Shown: piece after piece, positions 45,511 to 56,829 of the stretch
Layout: every line of letters starts with the position of its first letter
Numbering within the stretch: the stretch's first letter is position 1
Assembly: GCA_963674595.2 (NCBI GenBank)
Contig: CAXXFV010000008.1
Location: 256,001 to 320,000, forward strand
Origin: a bacterium
GTDB lineage: Bacteria; Zhuqueibacterota; Zhuqueibacteria; Residuimicrobiales; Krinioviventaceae
Direction: 5' to 3'
DNA length: 64,000 nt
Position numbers and translations under genes: made by a program
Notes under the pieces: model-generated
Databases searched by the model: none
Seen by the model: the letters and a program-made list of their open reading frames with translations, nothing else
What the model was told of the DNA's origin: nothing

Positions 45511-46161
45511 ATGAATACACTTTTTCGTTATATAAATATTTTTTTGGTTTTATTTTTATCAGGCTATGTTGCCTGTCATCAGCAGCAAAGCGATTCGGTA
45601 TCTGTAGACAAGGAAATAGAATTACCGGACCAGGAACTGTGGGACCTGGACTTAACAGCCACAAAAAAAGGTAATGTTGAGGCCAAAATAAAAGCCGGAC
45701 ACGGATCACGATTTTTAAAAAAAGCGATTGTAAAAATGGACCAGGGAGTTGTGGTTGATTTTTATGATGCTGACGGAAAACATAAATCCAAATTGACGGC
45801 TGAAAGAGGCGAATTGGATGAAAAGTCCAACGATGTAAGAGCAATGGACAATGTGGTGGTTGTTTCAGACAGTGGCTTGACCCTGTTTACTGAAGAACTG
45901 GCCTATGATCAACGGATGGGTAAAATTATATCAAATGTGGATGTTATGATTACCACAACCGAAAGTGATACTTTTTATGGTGTCGGATTTGAATCTGAAC
46001 CCGACCTTAGCGCCTGGCAGATGTTTGATTTTTCCGGAAAAACCCACAAGGGCCTGGATCTGTCAACGGACCGGTTTAAAAAAGACAAGAAAAAAGATAT
46101 AGATAGTTTGGATGTAAATACACCACCATCAGATAGTTTAACTGTTTCAAAGGAAGAATGA
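45511..46161 (+). CDS. lptC: LPS export protein LptC
   Basis: PDQELWD, VDFYD, NVVVVSD..LFTEEL, GVGFES; located between kdsD and the lptA-like/lptB genes. Confidence 0.85.
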   Translation: MNTLFRYINIFLVLFLSGYVACHQQQSDSVSVDKEIELPDQELWDLDLTATKKGNVEAKIKAGHGSRFLKKAIVKMDQGVVVDFYDADGKHKSKLTAERGELDEKSNDVRAMDNVVVVSDSGLTLFTEELAYDQRMGKIISNVDVMITTTESDTFYGVGFESEPDLSAWQMFDFSGKTHKGLDLSTDRFKKDKKKDIDSLDVNTPPSDSLTVSKEE

Positions 46162-47387
46162 GAAACCCTGTTTTTAAAATTATTTTTTTCTGTATGTGTT
46201 GGGCATTATTTGTAACACATAATTTACCTGCAAATGATGTCAAGAGTAAAGAACGTTTATATCTCAAACATGCTGATCGTGTTATTGGTGAAACCGTCAA
46301 TAATGAATCTATAATGCGTTTGATTGGTAATGTGCATTTTTATCAGGAAAAAACGCAAATGTTTTGCGAAGAGGCTATACAGTATCAAAATTTAGGACGC
46401 ACCGATTTTATCGGCAATGTTAAAATTTTTGACGAACAAAAGACTTTAAAGGCCCGGTTTATTACATATTTTGAAGACACAAAAATCGCGGTTGCCAGAA
46501 ATCATGTGATATTTTTTGATTCTTCAAAAACGATTTTAGCGGACAGTTTAACTTATCATGAAGTGAATAGTCAGGTTATTGCAGATGGCAATGTTTTTTT
46601 AGCTGACTCTAGCGAGAATTCTTTTTTATCCGGTCAACATATAGACTATTTTATGGAAACAGGGTATGCGCTGGCAACTGAAGAACCTGTTTTTACACAA
46701 CAAGATACGCTGCCGGAAAATGTAATGGAAATTACAGGTAATAAAATTGAAATGTTTGATGATGGTGAAAAGTTTAAAGTTACACACAACGTCGTTGTAA
46801 CTCGAGGAGAAGTTACTGCCCATTGCGGAGAATTATTACTGTTGAAAGATAATAACCGGATTATTTTAACAATTTCTCCTGATGCTTTTCAGGGTGAAGA
46901 TTTTTTAACCGGAGAAACAATAGAACTGGAAATGAACAAATCCGAAATTGATGCTATTCATCTTATCGGTGATGCACTTGTCAGCTCAAAGGTTGACACT
47001 CTGGCAGAAAAGAAAAAATATGCCTATGATTTTCTTATAGGTGAAGATATTTACGTAAAGCTTGATCAAAATAAAATTAAAAAAGTAAATGTAAAAGGAA
47101 GGGCCACCAGTTATTATCATGCCCTTGAAAAAGGAGAGGAAAAAGGTTTAAACAAAGTTCAGGGTGATGAATTAATGATAACCTTTAACGATAATAAAAT
47201 GGAGAGTGTACAAATTAACAGCGCTCCAAGTTCTTCCAATGGTGTTTTTTATCCGCCTAAAAACCAATATATGTTGGAAAGTGAATTGGCAGAACTTTTA
47301 AATCGCCTAAAAACTCCGGCAGTTTATGACAGCAGTACGGAGGTAAACAACACAATTCATAAAATGGAAAAGATTCATGGATTCTGA
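46158..47387 (+). CDS. Long OstA/LptA-like periplasmic beta-jellyroll protein
   Basis: Signal peptide; repeated GNV-x-F/I strands; immediately upstream of lptB. Confidence 0.8.
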   Translation: MRNPVFKIIFFCMCWALFVTHNLPANDVKSKERLYLKHADRVIGETVNNESIMRLIGNVHFYQEKTQMFCEEAIQYQNLGRTDFIGNVKIFDEQKTLKARFITYFEDTKIAVARNHVIFFDSSKTILADSLTYHEVNSQVIADGNVFLADSSENSFLSGQHIDYFMETGYALATEEPVFTQQDTLPENVMEITGNKIEMFDDGEKFKVTHNVVVTRGEVTAHCGELLLLKDNNRIILTISPDAFQGEDFLTGETIELEMNKSEIDAIHLIGDALVSSKVDTLAEKKKYAYDFLIGEDIYVKLDQNKIKKVNVKGRATSYYHALEKGEEKGLNKVQGDELMITFNDNKMESVQINSAPSSSNGVFYPPKNQYMLESELAELLNRLKTPAVYDSSTEVNNTIHKMEKIHGF

Positions 47388-48117
47388 TTTACCGGTATTA
47401 CGGTCTGAAAAACTGGTTAAAATTTATGGAAAACGCCGCGTAGTTAATGATGTTAGCATCGAAATTCGGCAGGGTGAAATCGTCGGATTACTTGGACCAA
47501 ACGGCGCCGGTAAAACAACAACTTTTTATATGATTGTTGGTATGATAAAACCCAATTCCGGTCGTATTTTTTTAAATCAAAATAATATTACCGGAAAACC
47601 AATGTACCAAAGGGCCCGGCAGGGTATTTCATATTTACCCCAGGAAGCATCGGTGTTTCGTCAGTTAACGGTTGAACAAAATTTATTATCAATTTTGGAG
47701 ACTTTAAAAATTTCCAAAAAACAAAGACGAGAAAGAGCTGACCAGTTAATGGATGACCTGAGAGTCAGGCATTTGGCGAAAAATAAAGCCGTAACTCTTT
47801 CCGGTGGTGAACGGAGACGTGTTGAAATTTGCCGAGCTTTGGTAACAAATCCAAAGTTTATTTTGCTGGATGAACCTTTTGCCGGTGTTGACCCTATTGC
47901 CGTTGAAGATATTCAGCAAATAGTTGCTGATTTAAAAACCAAAGGTATTGGCGTTTTAATTACAGACCATAATGTTCACGAAACATTATCTATTACAGAC
48001 CGTGCTTATTTACTTTATGACGGGACTGTATTAAAGTCCGGTACTGCAGAATTTTTAGCTAATGACCCAGAAGCCAGAAAGAGATATCTTGGTGACAAGT
48101 TCAAGTTGGATCGCTAA
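47377..48117 (+). CDS. lptB: LPS export ABC ATPase LptB
   Basis: [41 protein letters not shown]. Confidence 0.98.
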   Translation: MDSDLPVLRSEKLVKIYGKRRVVNDVSIEIRQGEIVGLLGPNGAGKTTTFYMIVGMIKPNSGRIFLNQNNITGKPMYQRARQGISYLPQEASVFRQLTVEQNLLSILETLKISKKQRRERADQLMDDLRVRHLAKNKAVTLSGGERRRVEICRALVTNPKFILLDEPFAGVDPIAVEDIQQIVADLKTKGIGVLITDHNVHETLSITDRAYLLYDGTVLKSGTAEFLANDPEARKRYLGDKFKLDR

Positions 48118-48139
48118 GCACTTAAAAGGCTATATAAAC

Positions 48140-48166
48140 TCAAGAATATGAAAAAAATGTCGATAA
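48140..48166 (+). promoter_or_regulatory. sigma28 (FliA/WhiG)-like promoter upstream of rpoN
   Basis: TCAAG-14 nt-GTCGATAA, compared with consensus T(A/C)AAG-N14-GCCGATAA. Confidence 0.4.
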
Positions 48167-48223
48167 ATATATAAGGATTAGTGATGGGCATGTTGGTGTT
48201 ACAATGGGAAGAAGGGAGAATGA

Positions 48224-49645
48224 ATGGTTAGATTAGCACAAAGTCTTAATCTGCAAATGAAGCAGTCACCGCAACAGGTGCTGTTATCTTCTTTACTTCA
48301 GTTACCTGTTCTTAATTTGGAACAGAGAATAAGAATGGAAGTCGAAATAAATCCATTACTTGAGCTTGATATGGAAGAAGAGATGGAACAGGAAATGGAA
48401 GAAATGGACCAAAATCTTGAGCTCAAGGAAGAAAAAGATGAAGACGACGATGAGCAAATTGAAGCTGAAAAAGATGAAATAGATTGGGATGAAATATTAA
48501 ACGATGAAGATAATTACGAAATTCGTATCCCTAAAGAAAAAGACGCTGAAGTTTTTGAACGACCTGAAGTTTCTAAAGAAACATTAACTGACCACCTTTT
48601 AAGTCAGTTAAATATGTCAGAGTTGAGTGAAAAAGATATTATTATTGGTGAGCATCTTATTTGGAATATTGACAGCGGCGGATACCTTGCAAGTGACGTT
48701 GAGACAATCTCGGAAAACCTTGAGGCTGATGCTGATGATGTTGAACGAGTGTTGGCAATTATTCAACAATTTGATCCGCCCGGCATTGGGGCAAGAAATC
48801 TGCAGGAATGTTTGCTGATTCAACTTTTAGAACAAAAACCCATTAATGAGTTGGCAATTATTATTATTCGTGATCATTTTGATGATTTTAAAAACAAACG
48901 ATTTGAGCGTCTCGCCAAGGACCTGGACATTACGCTGGACGATATCCGTGATATTATGGACCTGATCGTTAAATTAAATCCAAAACCCGGAGAAGGTTAT
49001 GTTTCCTTTGAAAATAACTATATCGTTCCGGATTTGGAAGTTCGTCACGAAGATGGTGAATACAAAATTTTTATGAACGATTGGAACGTTCCGCAGCTTC
49101 GGATAAATAATGAATATCGAAAGATGATGCTTGATCGTAAAAAAACCAGCAAGGAAACCCGGGATTTTATTCGTCAAAGACTGGAATCAGCACGTTGGCT
49201 GATAAATTCCATTCACCAGCGCCGGGCTACCATTCTCAGGGCTATGGAAGCAATTATTGATAAACAGCGTGATTTTTTTGATAAGGGCCCGGAACATTTG
49301 AAGCCAATGATTCTTAAAGATATTGCTGAAGAAATTTATATGGACATTTCCACTATCAGCCGTGTGACCAATGGAAAATACGTTCAGACTGAATGGGGTA
49401 TTTTTGAACTAAAATACTTTTTCAGTGAAAAGATCAAGGCCGATGAAGGTGAAGATGTTTCCAATAAAAAAATTAAAGCGATTATCAAGGAAATAATTGA
49501 CTCTGAACCGCCTAAAAAACCGTTTAACGATCAAAAACTTTCCACAATGTTGAAAGAAAAAGGGTATAATGTAGCCCGTCGAACCGTAGCAAAATACCGG
49601 GAACAGATGTCTATTCCAGTATCACGTTTACGTCGAAAAATTTAA
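48224..49645 (+). CDS. rpoN: RNA polymerase sigma-54 factor
   Basis: NPLLE, DPPGIGARNLQECL, LNPKPG, STISRV, RpoN box ARRTVAKYRE. Confidence 0.98.
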   Translation: MVRLAQSLNLQMKQSPQQVLLSSLLQLPVLNLEQRIRMEVEINPLLELDMEEEMEQEMEEMDQNLELKEEKDEDDDEQIEAEKDEIDWDEILNDEDNYEIRIPKEKDAEVFERPEVSKETLTDHLLSQLNMSELSEKDIIIGEHLIWNIDSGGYLASDVETISENLEADADDVERVLAIIQQFDPPGIGARNLQECLLIQLLEQKPINELAIIIIRDHFDDFKNKRFERLAKDLDITLDDIRDIMDLIVKLNPKPGEGYVSFENNYIVPDLEVRHEDGEYKIFMNDWNVPQLRINNEYRKMMLDRKKTSKETRDFIRQRLESARWLINSIHQRRATILRAMEAIIDKQRDFFDKGPEHLKPMILKDIAEEIYMDISTISRVTNGKYVQTEWGIFELKYFFSEKIKADEGEDVSNKKIKAIIKEIIDSEPPKKPFNDQKLSTMLKEKGYNVARRTVAKYREQMSIPVSRLRRKI

Positions 49646-49674
49646 CAATCATGATTGTAATGGAAAGGACAAAC

Positions 49675-50220
49675 ATGAATTCTCGCAATGAATTTCGTGC
49701 GACAACCGTTCTTGGACTCCGTCATAAAGGCATGGTTGTGCTGGCCGGTGATGGACAAGTTACCTACGGTGATACTATCTTAAAAAGCAAAGCCAAAAAA
49801 GTTCGCAAATTATATAATGATAAAGTACTGGCCGGGTTTGCCGGTGCAGCGGCTGATGCATTCAGCCTTTTTGAACGCTTTGAAGAAAAATTGGAAGAAT
49901 TTAATGGAAACATGAGCCGTTCTGTTGTGGAACTGGCCAAAGACTGGCGTACCGACAGATACCTGAGACGCCTGGATGCACAACTGGCAGTGTTGGACGA
50001 AAAGCATATCTTTTTGATTTCCGGTACAGGTGATCTTATCGAACCGGATGATAATGTTGTGGCAATCGGCTCAGGAGCCCCTTTTGCACTCATTGCAGCC
50101 AGGGCTTTAATGAAACATTCCAAACTTGATGCCGTTAAAATAGCAAAAGAGGCCATGGAAATGGCCGCATCATTGTGTATTTTTACCAATGATAATATTA
50201 CAATTCAGACATTAGAATAA
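49675..50220 (+). CDS. hslV: ATP-dependent protease peptidase subunit HslV
   Basis: ATTVLG (catalytic Thr), GDGQVT, GFAG, WRTD, AIGSG; ATG at 49675 after AAGGA. Confidence 0.97.
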   Translation: MNSRNEFRATTVLGLRHKGMVVLAGDGQVTYGDTILKSKAKKVRKLYNDKVLAGFAGAAADAFSLFERFEEKLEEFNGNMSRSVVELAKDWRTDRYLRRLDAQLAVLDEKHIFLISGTGDLIEPDDNVVAIGSGAPFALIAARALMKHSKLDAVKIAKEAMEMAASLCIFTNDNITIQTLE

Positions 50221-50250
50221 TTTAGCCTTTAGACAAGAGGTATACTATAA

Positions 50251-51612
50251 ATGGAAATGGTTCCAAAGGAAATTGTTGCAGAATTAGATAAATATATAAT
50301 CGGGCAGGACAAGGCCAAACGGTCTGTTGCCATTGCACTTCGTAATCGCTGGCGCCGGCAGCAGGTACCTTATGAGTTGCGTGAAGAAATTGTTCCTAAC
50401 AATATTATTTTAATTGGCTCTACAGGTGTTGGTAAAACAGAACTGGCACGTCGTTTGGCCAAACTGGGAAATGCGCCTTTTATTAAAGTTGAAGCCTCCA
50501 AGTTTACCGAGGTTGGATATGTCGGCCGCGATGTAGAGACTATTATTCGTGATCTTGTTGATCTATCTGTTAATATTGTTCGCAGTGAAGTCATCGAGTC
50601 TGTTCAGGACCAGGCTGAAGAAGCAGCCGTTGAAACGCTGCTGAACCTTTTATTGCCGCCCACGCCTTTTTCTTCCAATGAAGACGCGGAAGAAGATGAA
50701 ATTAAAAAACGCAAAGCCTATGAAGAAAAGAGAAAAAGAAGCAGAGAAAAAATTCTAAAACAATTGGACGAAGGCAAACTTGACAACCGCACGGTTGAAC
50801 TTGAGGTCCCGGCTGATGTAACACCGTTGATGCAGATTATTTCCCCAATCGGTATTGAGGAAATGGGCCTGAATATACAGGACCTGCTTGGACCAATAAT
50901 GCCGACGAAATCCAAAAAACGCCGTATGACGGTGCCTGAGGCTTTGGTCTATTTGCACCAGGAAGAAACACATAAACTGATTGATATGGAAGAGGTCGTC
51001 CGTGAGGCTATTAATCGAGTTGAAGAGTCCGGCATTGTTTTTTTGGATGAAATTGATAAAGTGGCTGGTGAAAACGGCGGCGCCGGACCGGATATTTCCC
51101 GTGAAGGTGTGCAGCGGGATTTATTACCTGTTATTGAAGGGACGAATGTTGTTACAAAATATGGAATGGTAAGAACAGATCATGTTTTGTTTATTGCTTC
51201 CGGTGCTTTTCATGTATCCAAACCGTCGGATTTGATACCGGAATTGCAGGGTCGTTTTCCTATTCGCGTTGAATTACAGACATTAACAGCCGAAGATTTT
51301 GAACGTATTTTAGTAGAACCAAAAAATGCTTTGATAAAGCAATATATTGCACTTGTGGAAACTGAAAATGTTAAAATGAAATTTACCAACGGTGCGGTTA
51401 AAGAAATTGCCAAATTGGCTTATGAGGTGAACCAAAAAGCAGAAGACATTGGTGCACGCCGGCTGCATACGGTTATGAGTATTCTTTTGGAAAGTGTGCT
51501 GTTTGATTTACCAAACAAAGAAACCAGTTCCATAACCGTAACAAAAAATATGGTTCGTGAAAATTTAAAAGATGTTATACAGGATGAAGACCTGGGACGA
51601 TATATTTTGTGA
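50251..51612 (+). CDS. hslU: ATP-dependent protease ATPase subunit HslU
   Basis: [38 protein letters not shown]. Confidence 0.98.
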   Translation: MEMVPKEIVAELDKYIIGQDKAKRSVAIALRNRWRRQQVPYELREEIVPNNIILIGSTGVGKTELARRLAKLGNAPFIKVEASKFTEVGYVGRDVETIIRDLVDLSVNIVRSEVIESVQDQAEEAAVETLLNLLLPPTPFSSNEDAEEDEIKKRKAYEEKRKRSREKILKQLDEGKLDNRTVELEVPADVTPLMQIISPIGIEEMGLNIQDLLGPIMPTKSKKRRMTVPEALVYLHQEETHKLIDMEEVVREAINRVEESGIVFLDEIDKVAGENGGAGPDISREGVQRDLLPVIEGTNVVTKYGMVRTDHVLFIASGAFHVSKPSDLIPELQGRFPIRVELQTLTAEDFERILVEPKNALIKQYIALVETENVKMKFTNGAVKEIAKLAYEVNQKAEDIGARRLHTVMSILLESVLFDLPNKETSSITVTKNMVRENLKDVIQDEDLGRYIL

Positions 51613-51631
51613 TCTGTAGGAGGATAAAATT

Positions 51632-52543
51632 GTGAAAAAAGATTTTCTTGTTATAACGGATTTTTCAGCAGATGAAATTAAAAATGTTTTCAAGCTGGCT
51701 GCTGATTTGAAAGATAAAACAAAGAAAAAAATTGAACATCATGTTTTAAAAGGCCAAACATTGGCCATGCTCTTTCAAAAGCCTTCCACACGTACCCGGG
51801 TATCTTTTGAAGTCGGCATGTATCAACTCGGCGGGCATGCTTTATACCTGAGCCCGAATGAAGTCGGATTGGGAAAGAGGGAATCTGCAGCCGATGTGGC
51901 GCGTGTTCTGGCCCGGTTTTGTGACGGCATTATGGCACGTGTTTTTGGACATAACATTGTCACAGAATTAGGCGAGTTTGCCCCTGTCCCTGTTATTAAC
52001 GGGCTTTCCGATCTGGCGCATCCATGTCAAATTATGGGTGATTATTTAACGCTTATAGAGCATAAAGGTCATTCGGATGAGTTTAAAATTGCCTATATCG
52101 GAGATGGAAATAATGTAGCGAATTCATGGATAAATTTGGCAAGCAGAATTCCTATGTCGTTGAGAATAGGGTGCCCGCAAGGGTATGAACCGGATTCGCA
52201 AATTTTGAAAAATGCTGATAAAGATGGCGTTAGTGAAGTTATTGTTACAGATGATCCTTTTGAGGCGGTTAAAGGAGCGGATGTCGTTTATACTGATGTT
52301 TGGGCAAGCATGGGTCAGGAAGAAGAAGCTGCCTCACGCAATAAATTATTCCGGCCTTATCAGGTAAATTCAAAGCTTATGTCACACGCAGATGCAGATG
52401 CAATCGTCATGCATTGTTTACCGGCACATCGCGGTGACGAAATTACCGATGAGGTTATGGATAGTCCGCAATCCGTTGTATTTGATGAAGCTGAAAACAG
52501 ACTTCATATTCAAAAAGCAATTATGGTAACGTTGATGCAGTAA
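51632..52543 (+). CDS. argF: Ornithine carbamoyltransferase
   Basis: STRTR, HPCQ, DVWASMG, HCLP, AENR. Confidence 0.97.
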   Translation: MKKDFLVITDFSADEIKNVFKLAADLKDKTKKKIEHHVLKGQTLAMLFQKPSTRTRVSFEVGMYQLGGHALYLSPNEVGLGKRESAADVARVLARFCDGIMARVFGHNIVTELGEFAPVPVINGLSDLAHPCQIMGDYLTLIEHKGHSDEFKIAYIGDGNNVANSWINLASRIPMSLRIGCPQGYEPDSQILKNADKDGVSEVIVTDDPFEAVKGADVVYTDVWASMGQEEEAASRNKLFRPYQVNSKLMSHADADAIVMHCLPAHRGDEITDEVMDSPQSVVFDEAENRLHIQKAIMVTLMQ

Positions 52544-52572
52544 GGATAGAAATTGAGGATGGTTCTTTGACT

Positions 52573-53541
52573 ATGGAAATCAAATTATATAATGATGATT
52601 TGAAGAAAGAATGGGAAGATTTTGTGTGGTCTGCCAATAACGGCACTATATTTCATACTCGTAAATTTTTGTCCTATCACCCCAAAGACCGCTTTATAGA
52701 CCATTCGCTTATGTTTTTTAAAAAAGGCAAGTGCATTGCCCTGTTGCCGGCTGTTGATTTTTCAAATAATGGTGAGCGAACGTTGATTTCCCATCGCGGC
52801 GCATCTTATGGCAGTTTTGTTGTTAATGATACTCTTCCCATTAAGGACGCCTTTGAAATTGTTGATGCTTTTTTGAAATATGTAAAGTCTGTCGGATTTG
52901 ATGCGGTTGATATAACACCTCCTCCTCAAATATATATGCGGCGACCGTGTAATTATATTGATTTTGCGTTGGTGCAAAACGGTTTTACCTACCGCAAACG
53001 TGAAATTTCAAGTGTTGTTCCGCTGGATTTTACTCAGGACGAGATTCTTTCGACGTTTAATGAAGGTTCCAGGCGGGCCGTAAGACGGGCGCAAAAACTT
53101 GGCGTTGTTGTTCGCGAATCGGATGACTATGAACGTTTTTTCCAGATTTTGAAAAAGAACCTTAAATTACGACATAATGTATCGCCGACACACACGCTGG
53201 AAGAAATGAGGCTTTTGCAGTCACTCTTTCCGGACCGGATTAAACTTTTTGCCGCCTATCATGATGATATTATGGTGTCCGGTGTTGTTATGTTTATTTG
53301 TAATCCGCGTGTTGTGCTGGCATTTTATATAAGCCACGATGATGATTATCAACAATATCGGGGTGTCAATTTTCTGTTTCATGAAATTATTAAATGGGGT
53401 ATCTCCTCAGGCTATGGATTTCTTGATTTTGGGATTTTTACCGTTAATGAAGATCCGAACTGGGGATTGGCCCGGTTTAAAGAAAGTTTTGGGGCCCAGG
53501 GCGTTTTTCGTGACAGCCTCAAGCTGGTATTATCAACCTAA
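52573..53541 (+). CDS. GNAT/FemAB-like acyltransferase
   Basis: W.DFV..A.NGTIFH.RKFLSYH, SHRGASYG, LDFG, GLARFKESFG. Confidence 0.8.
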   Translation: MEIKLYNDDLKKEWEDFVWSANNGTIFHTRKFLSYHPKDRFIDHSLMFFKKGKCIALLPAVDFSNNGERTLISHRGASYGSFVVNDTLPIKDAFEIVDAFLKYVKSVGFDAVDITPPPQIYMRRPCNYIDFALVQNGFTYRKREISSVVPLDFTQDEILSTFNEGSRRAVRRAQKLGVVVRESDDYERFFQILKKNLKLRHNVSPTHTLEEMRLLQSLFPDRIKLFAAYHDDIMVSGVVMFICNPRVVLAFYISHDDDYQQYRGVNFLFHEIIKWGISSGYGFLDFGIFTVNEDPNWGLARFKESFGAQGVFRDSLKLVLST

Positions 53542-53552
53542 AGGCTGGTATA

Positions 53553-54629
53553 TTGAAACGCCCCCGAATATTGCATATTGCCCCAACAAATATTTCAGGT
53601 GTACCCGGGCAATTGGTCCAAACAGAAAAACAACTTGGCTTTGACAGCCGGCTTGTGACACTGTTTCGTGATAAACGCAATTATTTTGAAGATATTTGCC
53701 TGAACCTGCCCTTTATTGATTTTTTCGGTACAAAGTTGATTAAAAAGTTTGTTTCTTCTCCGGAAAAGTGCCGGGTTACAAATACAATCAAAGTGCCGGA
53801 AAAAATCCCTGTTGAATGGCGGCCTCATAATATTTTTGAACATTACCTGGTAAATTTTCGGGATTTTATTTGGAAAGATAAAATTGAAAACGCCATTCAA
53901 AAATATCATCTCAAGGAATATGACGTGCTGCAGCTTGATGGCGGATTGGGTTTTTATCGGAATTCCGGATTTGTTATAGAGCAGAAAAAAGACGGAAAGA
54001 AAATAATTTGCTGTTATACAGGTAGTGATCTGCGAACACGCGGTGTCATACCATCCATTGATAAAAATAGCGATTTGAATGTATCCGTTGAATTTGACCA
54101 TTTAAAACTGCATCCAAATATCCATCATGTTTTTTTCCCTTTTGATTGCGGACCGATAAAAAAGCAAGAGCAAACTGATCATTCCAGGATACGCATCGGC
54201 CATGCACCGACCAACCGGCAGGCTAAAGGAAGTGACGTTATTTTACAGGTTTTAAATGAACTTGGTTCTTATAATATTGAAATAGTCCTGATTGAAAATT
54301 TGCCCTATGAAAAAGCGCTTGAACTAAAAAGAACATGTGATATTTTTATCGATCAAATTGGTGATTTGGGGTATGGAATAAATTCCCTGGAATCTTTGGC
54401 AATGGGAATTCCAACATGTTCCTGTTTGGCCCCCGGTTTTGAAGCGCATTATCCGGACCACCCGTTTGTTGTTATTAACGCTGAAAATTTGAAAGAGCAA
54501 GTCACCGAATTAATTTTAAATAAAGACCTGCGTCGTGAATTATCGGCAAAAGGACGGGAGTGGGTTGAACATAATCATAGTGCTGTTCGAACTGTTGAAA
54601 AAATACATCGTTTAGCCGGTATAGTCTGA
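53553..54629 (+). CDS. GT-B fold glycosyltransferase (GT4-like)
   Basis: HAPTNRQAKG, DIFIDQ..GYGINSLESLAMG. Confidence 0.82.
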   Translation: MKRPRILHIAPTNISGVPGQLVQTEKQLGFDSRLVTLFRDKRNYFEDICLNLPFIDFFGTKLIKKFVSSPEKCRVTNTIKVPEKIPVEWRPHNIFEHYLVNFRDFIWKDKIENAIQKYHLKEYDVLQLDGGLGFYRNSGFVIEQKKDGKKIICCYTGSDLRTRGVIPSIDKNSDLNVSVEFDHLKLHPNIHHVFFPFDCGPIKKQEQTDHSRIRIGHAPTNRQAKGSDVILQVLNELGSYNIEIVLIENLPYEKALELKRTCDIFIDQIGDLGYGINSLESLAMGIPTCSCLAPGFEAHYPDHPFVVINAENLKEQVTELILNKDLRRELSAKGREWVEHNHSAVRTVEKIHRLAGIV

Positions 54630-54640
54630 AAAATTTTATA

Positions 54641-55769
54641 ATGGCAGATCAAAAACGAAAACTTGAATTATTATTTTTAAACTCTATTCAGATGTGGGGC
54701 GGCGCTGAAGTCTGGTTAATGGATGTGATGCATGGACTGGAACAGCGCGGACACTCTGTTTCACTTGTATGCCGTCCAAATACCCTTCTGGAAAAGAATG
54801 CCAAAGCGCAGGGATTTCGGGTTTTTCCTGTTAAAATGAAAGGTGATTTTGATCCGGTTACCATTTTTCAAATATATGAAATAATAAAAAAGAACCGAAT
54901 TCAGGTTTTAAGTACAAATATGGATAAAGAGCTTCGGTTGGCAGGGATTGCCGCTAAATTAGCCGGCAATGTTAAAGTTGTTCCTTCCAGGGAAGTGGAT
55001 TATCCGTTAAAAAACAAGTTGAGGGTACCGGTTTACTTATAATTTTCTTGCTGATTATGTTTTGGCAAATTCCAATTCAACAAAACAAACATTGCTTAAA
55101 GAGGCACCCTGGCTGGACTCAAACCGTATTGAGGTTGTTTATAAGGGAGTGGACCCCGGACCTTATCTTGAAAATGCAGATAAAGGATTGCGCTTTCGTG
55201 AATCATTAGGTATTTCCAAGGAATCACCTGTCATTGGTTTTGTCGGACAAATTATCGAACGAAAAGGAATTCCGGATATTATTAAATCTATTCCTCTTGT
55301 TCTTGAAAAATTGCCAAATGCCAGGTTTTTATTTGCCGGTGAAGGCATTTTAGCTGATTTTTTAAATTCGGAAATCAAAAAAAACGGCTGGGAAAATTCT
55401 GTTACCAATCTTGGCTTTTGTAAAGAAATTCCGGCATTAATGAAGGCGTTGGATGTTTTATTGTTGCCGTCAATCGTTGAAGGATTTGGCTATGTTTTGG
55501 TTGAGGCTATGCTTGCCGCAAAACCGGTTGTTGCTACAAACGTCAGCAGTATCCCGGAAATTGTGGAGGATAATAAAACCGGCATCCTGATACCGGTTCA
55601 TGCACCTCAGCAGTTGGCGGATTCGATTGTTAAAATTCTCTCTGATGATAAAGTATTAAAAAATATGGGAGAAAATGGCAAACAAAGAGCGTTACACAAT
55701 TTTACATTAAAGTCTATGTTGGACCATATCGAGTCTGTGTTTTTATCCATAACCGGAAATTGTAAATGA
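54641..55769 (+). CDS. GT4 glycosyltransferase split by one extra G (55023-55025)
   Basis: WGGAE N-terminus; removing one G gives KLRYRFTYNFLADYVLANS; C-half has RKG and EGFGYVLVEAM. Confidence 0.88.
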
Positions 55770-56542
55770 GCGATAATTCTCAAAATAAACTTTCCGTGAT
55801 TATGATCGTTAAAAACGAGGCGCACCAGATTGAAAGGACACTAAAAAGTGTTGCATGGGCTGATGAAATAGTTGTTGTTGATGCTTTTAGTGATGACAAT
55901 ACCATATCGATTTGTAAAAAATATACGGATAAAGTTTTTCAATACGAATGGATTAATTTTAGTGTCCAACGACAGCGTTCATTACGTCATGCAACCCATT
56001 CATGGGTTTTAAGTATTGATGCAGATGAAGTTGTTTCTGAAGCGCTGGCTCAGGAGATTCAACATCTTTTAGAAAATAAACCGAAAGCCAATGGATACCG
56101 AGTCCCCAGGAAAACCTGGTATATGGACCGTTGGTTGGAATACACCTGGTTTCCTGATTATCAATTGCGATTGTTTCACAAAGATGATGCATTTATTGAA
56201 AATAAAGATGTTCATGAAGGATTTTCCGTAAAAGGAAACGTTGATAAACTGGAAGGTATTTTATATCATTATTCATATCAATCCGTTGAGAACCATGTTG
56301 AAAAAATAAATCAATATACCACATTAGAGGTTGTTGCCAAGCTTGAAAGATTAAACGGAAGAAAACCGAAATGGTATCATTTGGTATTTAATCCATTATC
56401 TACTTTTATTAAACTCTTCTGGTTTAAAAAAGGTTATAAAGATGGTCTGCCTGGTTTTATTCTGGCTTTAATGTCAGCTTTTTATACTCAATTGTTATAT
56501 GCAAAGACAATAGAAAAAAGTCGAATGAAAGACTCGGTGTAA
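55766..56542 (+). CDS. GT2 glycosyltransferase (WaaE/KdtX-like)
   Basis: WADEIVVVD, SIDADE, PDYQLRLF, VHE, DGLPG. Confidence 0.9.
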   Translation: MSDNSQNKLSVIMIVKNEAHQIERTLKSVAWADEIVVVDAFSDDNTISICKKYTDKVFQYEWINFSVQRQRSLRHATHSWVLSIDADEVVSEALAQEIQHLLENKPKANGYRVPRKTWYMDRWLEYTWFPDYQLRLFHKDDAFIENKDVHEGFSVKGNVDKLEGILYHYSYQSVENHVEKINQYTTLEVVAKLERLNGRKPKWYHLVFNPLSTFIKLFWFKKGYKDGLPGFILALMSAFYTQLLYAKTIEKSRMKDSV

Positions 56543-56669
56543 ATAGCATTCATTTTACGGAATTGATTTTTTAAAAAATCTGTTTGGCTAATAAAGGCAA
56601 TTTTACGTAACATCATGTTAAATAAATGCACTTTTTATTAAAAAAAATGCATCGAATTAAAATTATTGT

Positions 56670-56790
56670 TTGCATGTTTTTATTTTTCGATTATATTCTT
56701 ACAAACAGGGATTTAATAGGATGAAACAAGAGAAATTATCAAGTAAAAAAAATGTTGCATATTTTAAATCCATTTAATATTTTACGCCGC
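56670..56790 (+). promoter_or_regulatory. Tandem sigma70-like promoters upstream of the acidic protein gene
   Basis: TTGCAT-16-TATATT (56670-56697); A tract plus TTGCAT-17-TATTTT followed by GC-rich ACGCCGC (56755-56790). Confidence 0.5.
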
Positions 56791-56829
56791 AAAAAAGCAT
56801 ATGAACTATAAAAATTCAGAGAGGGAAAG

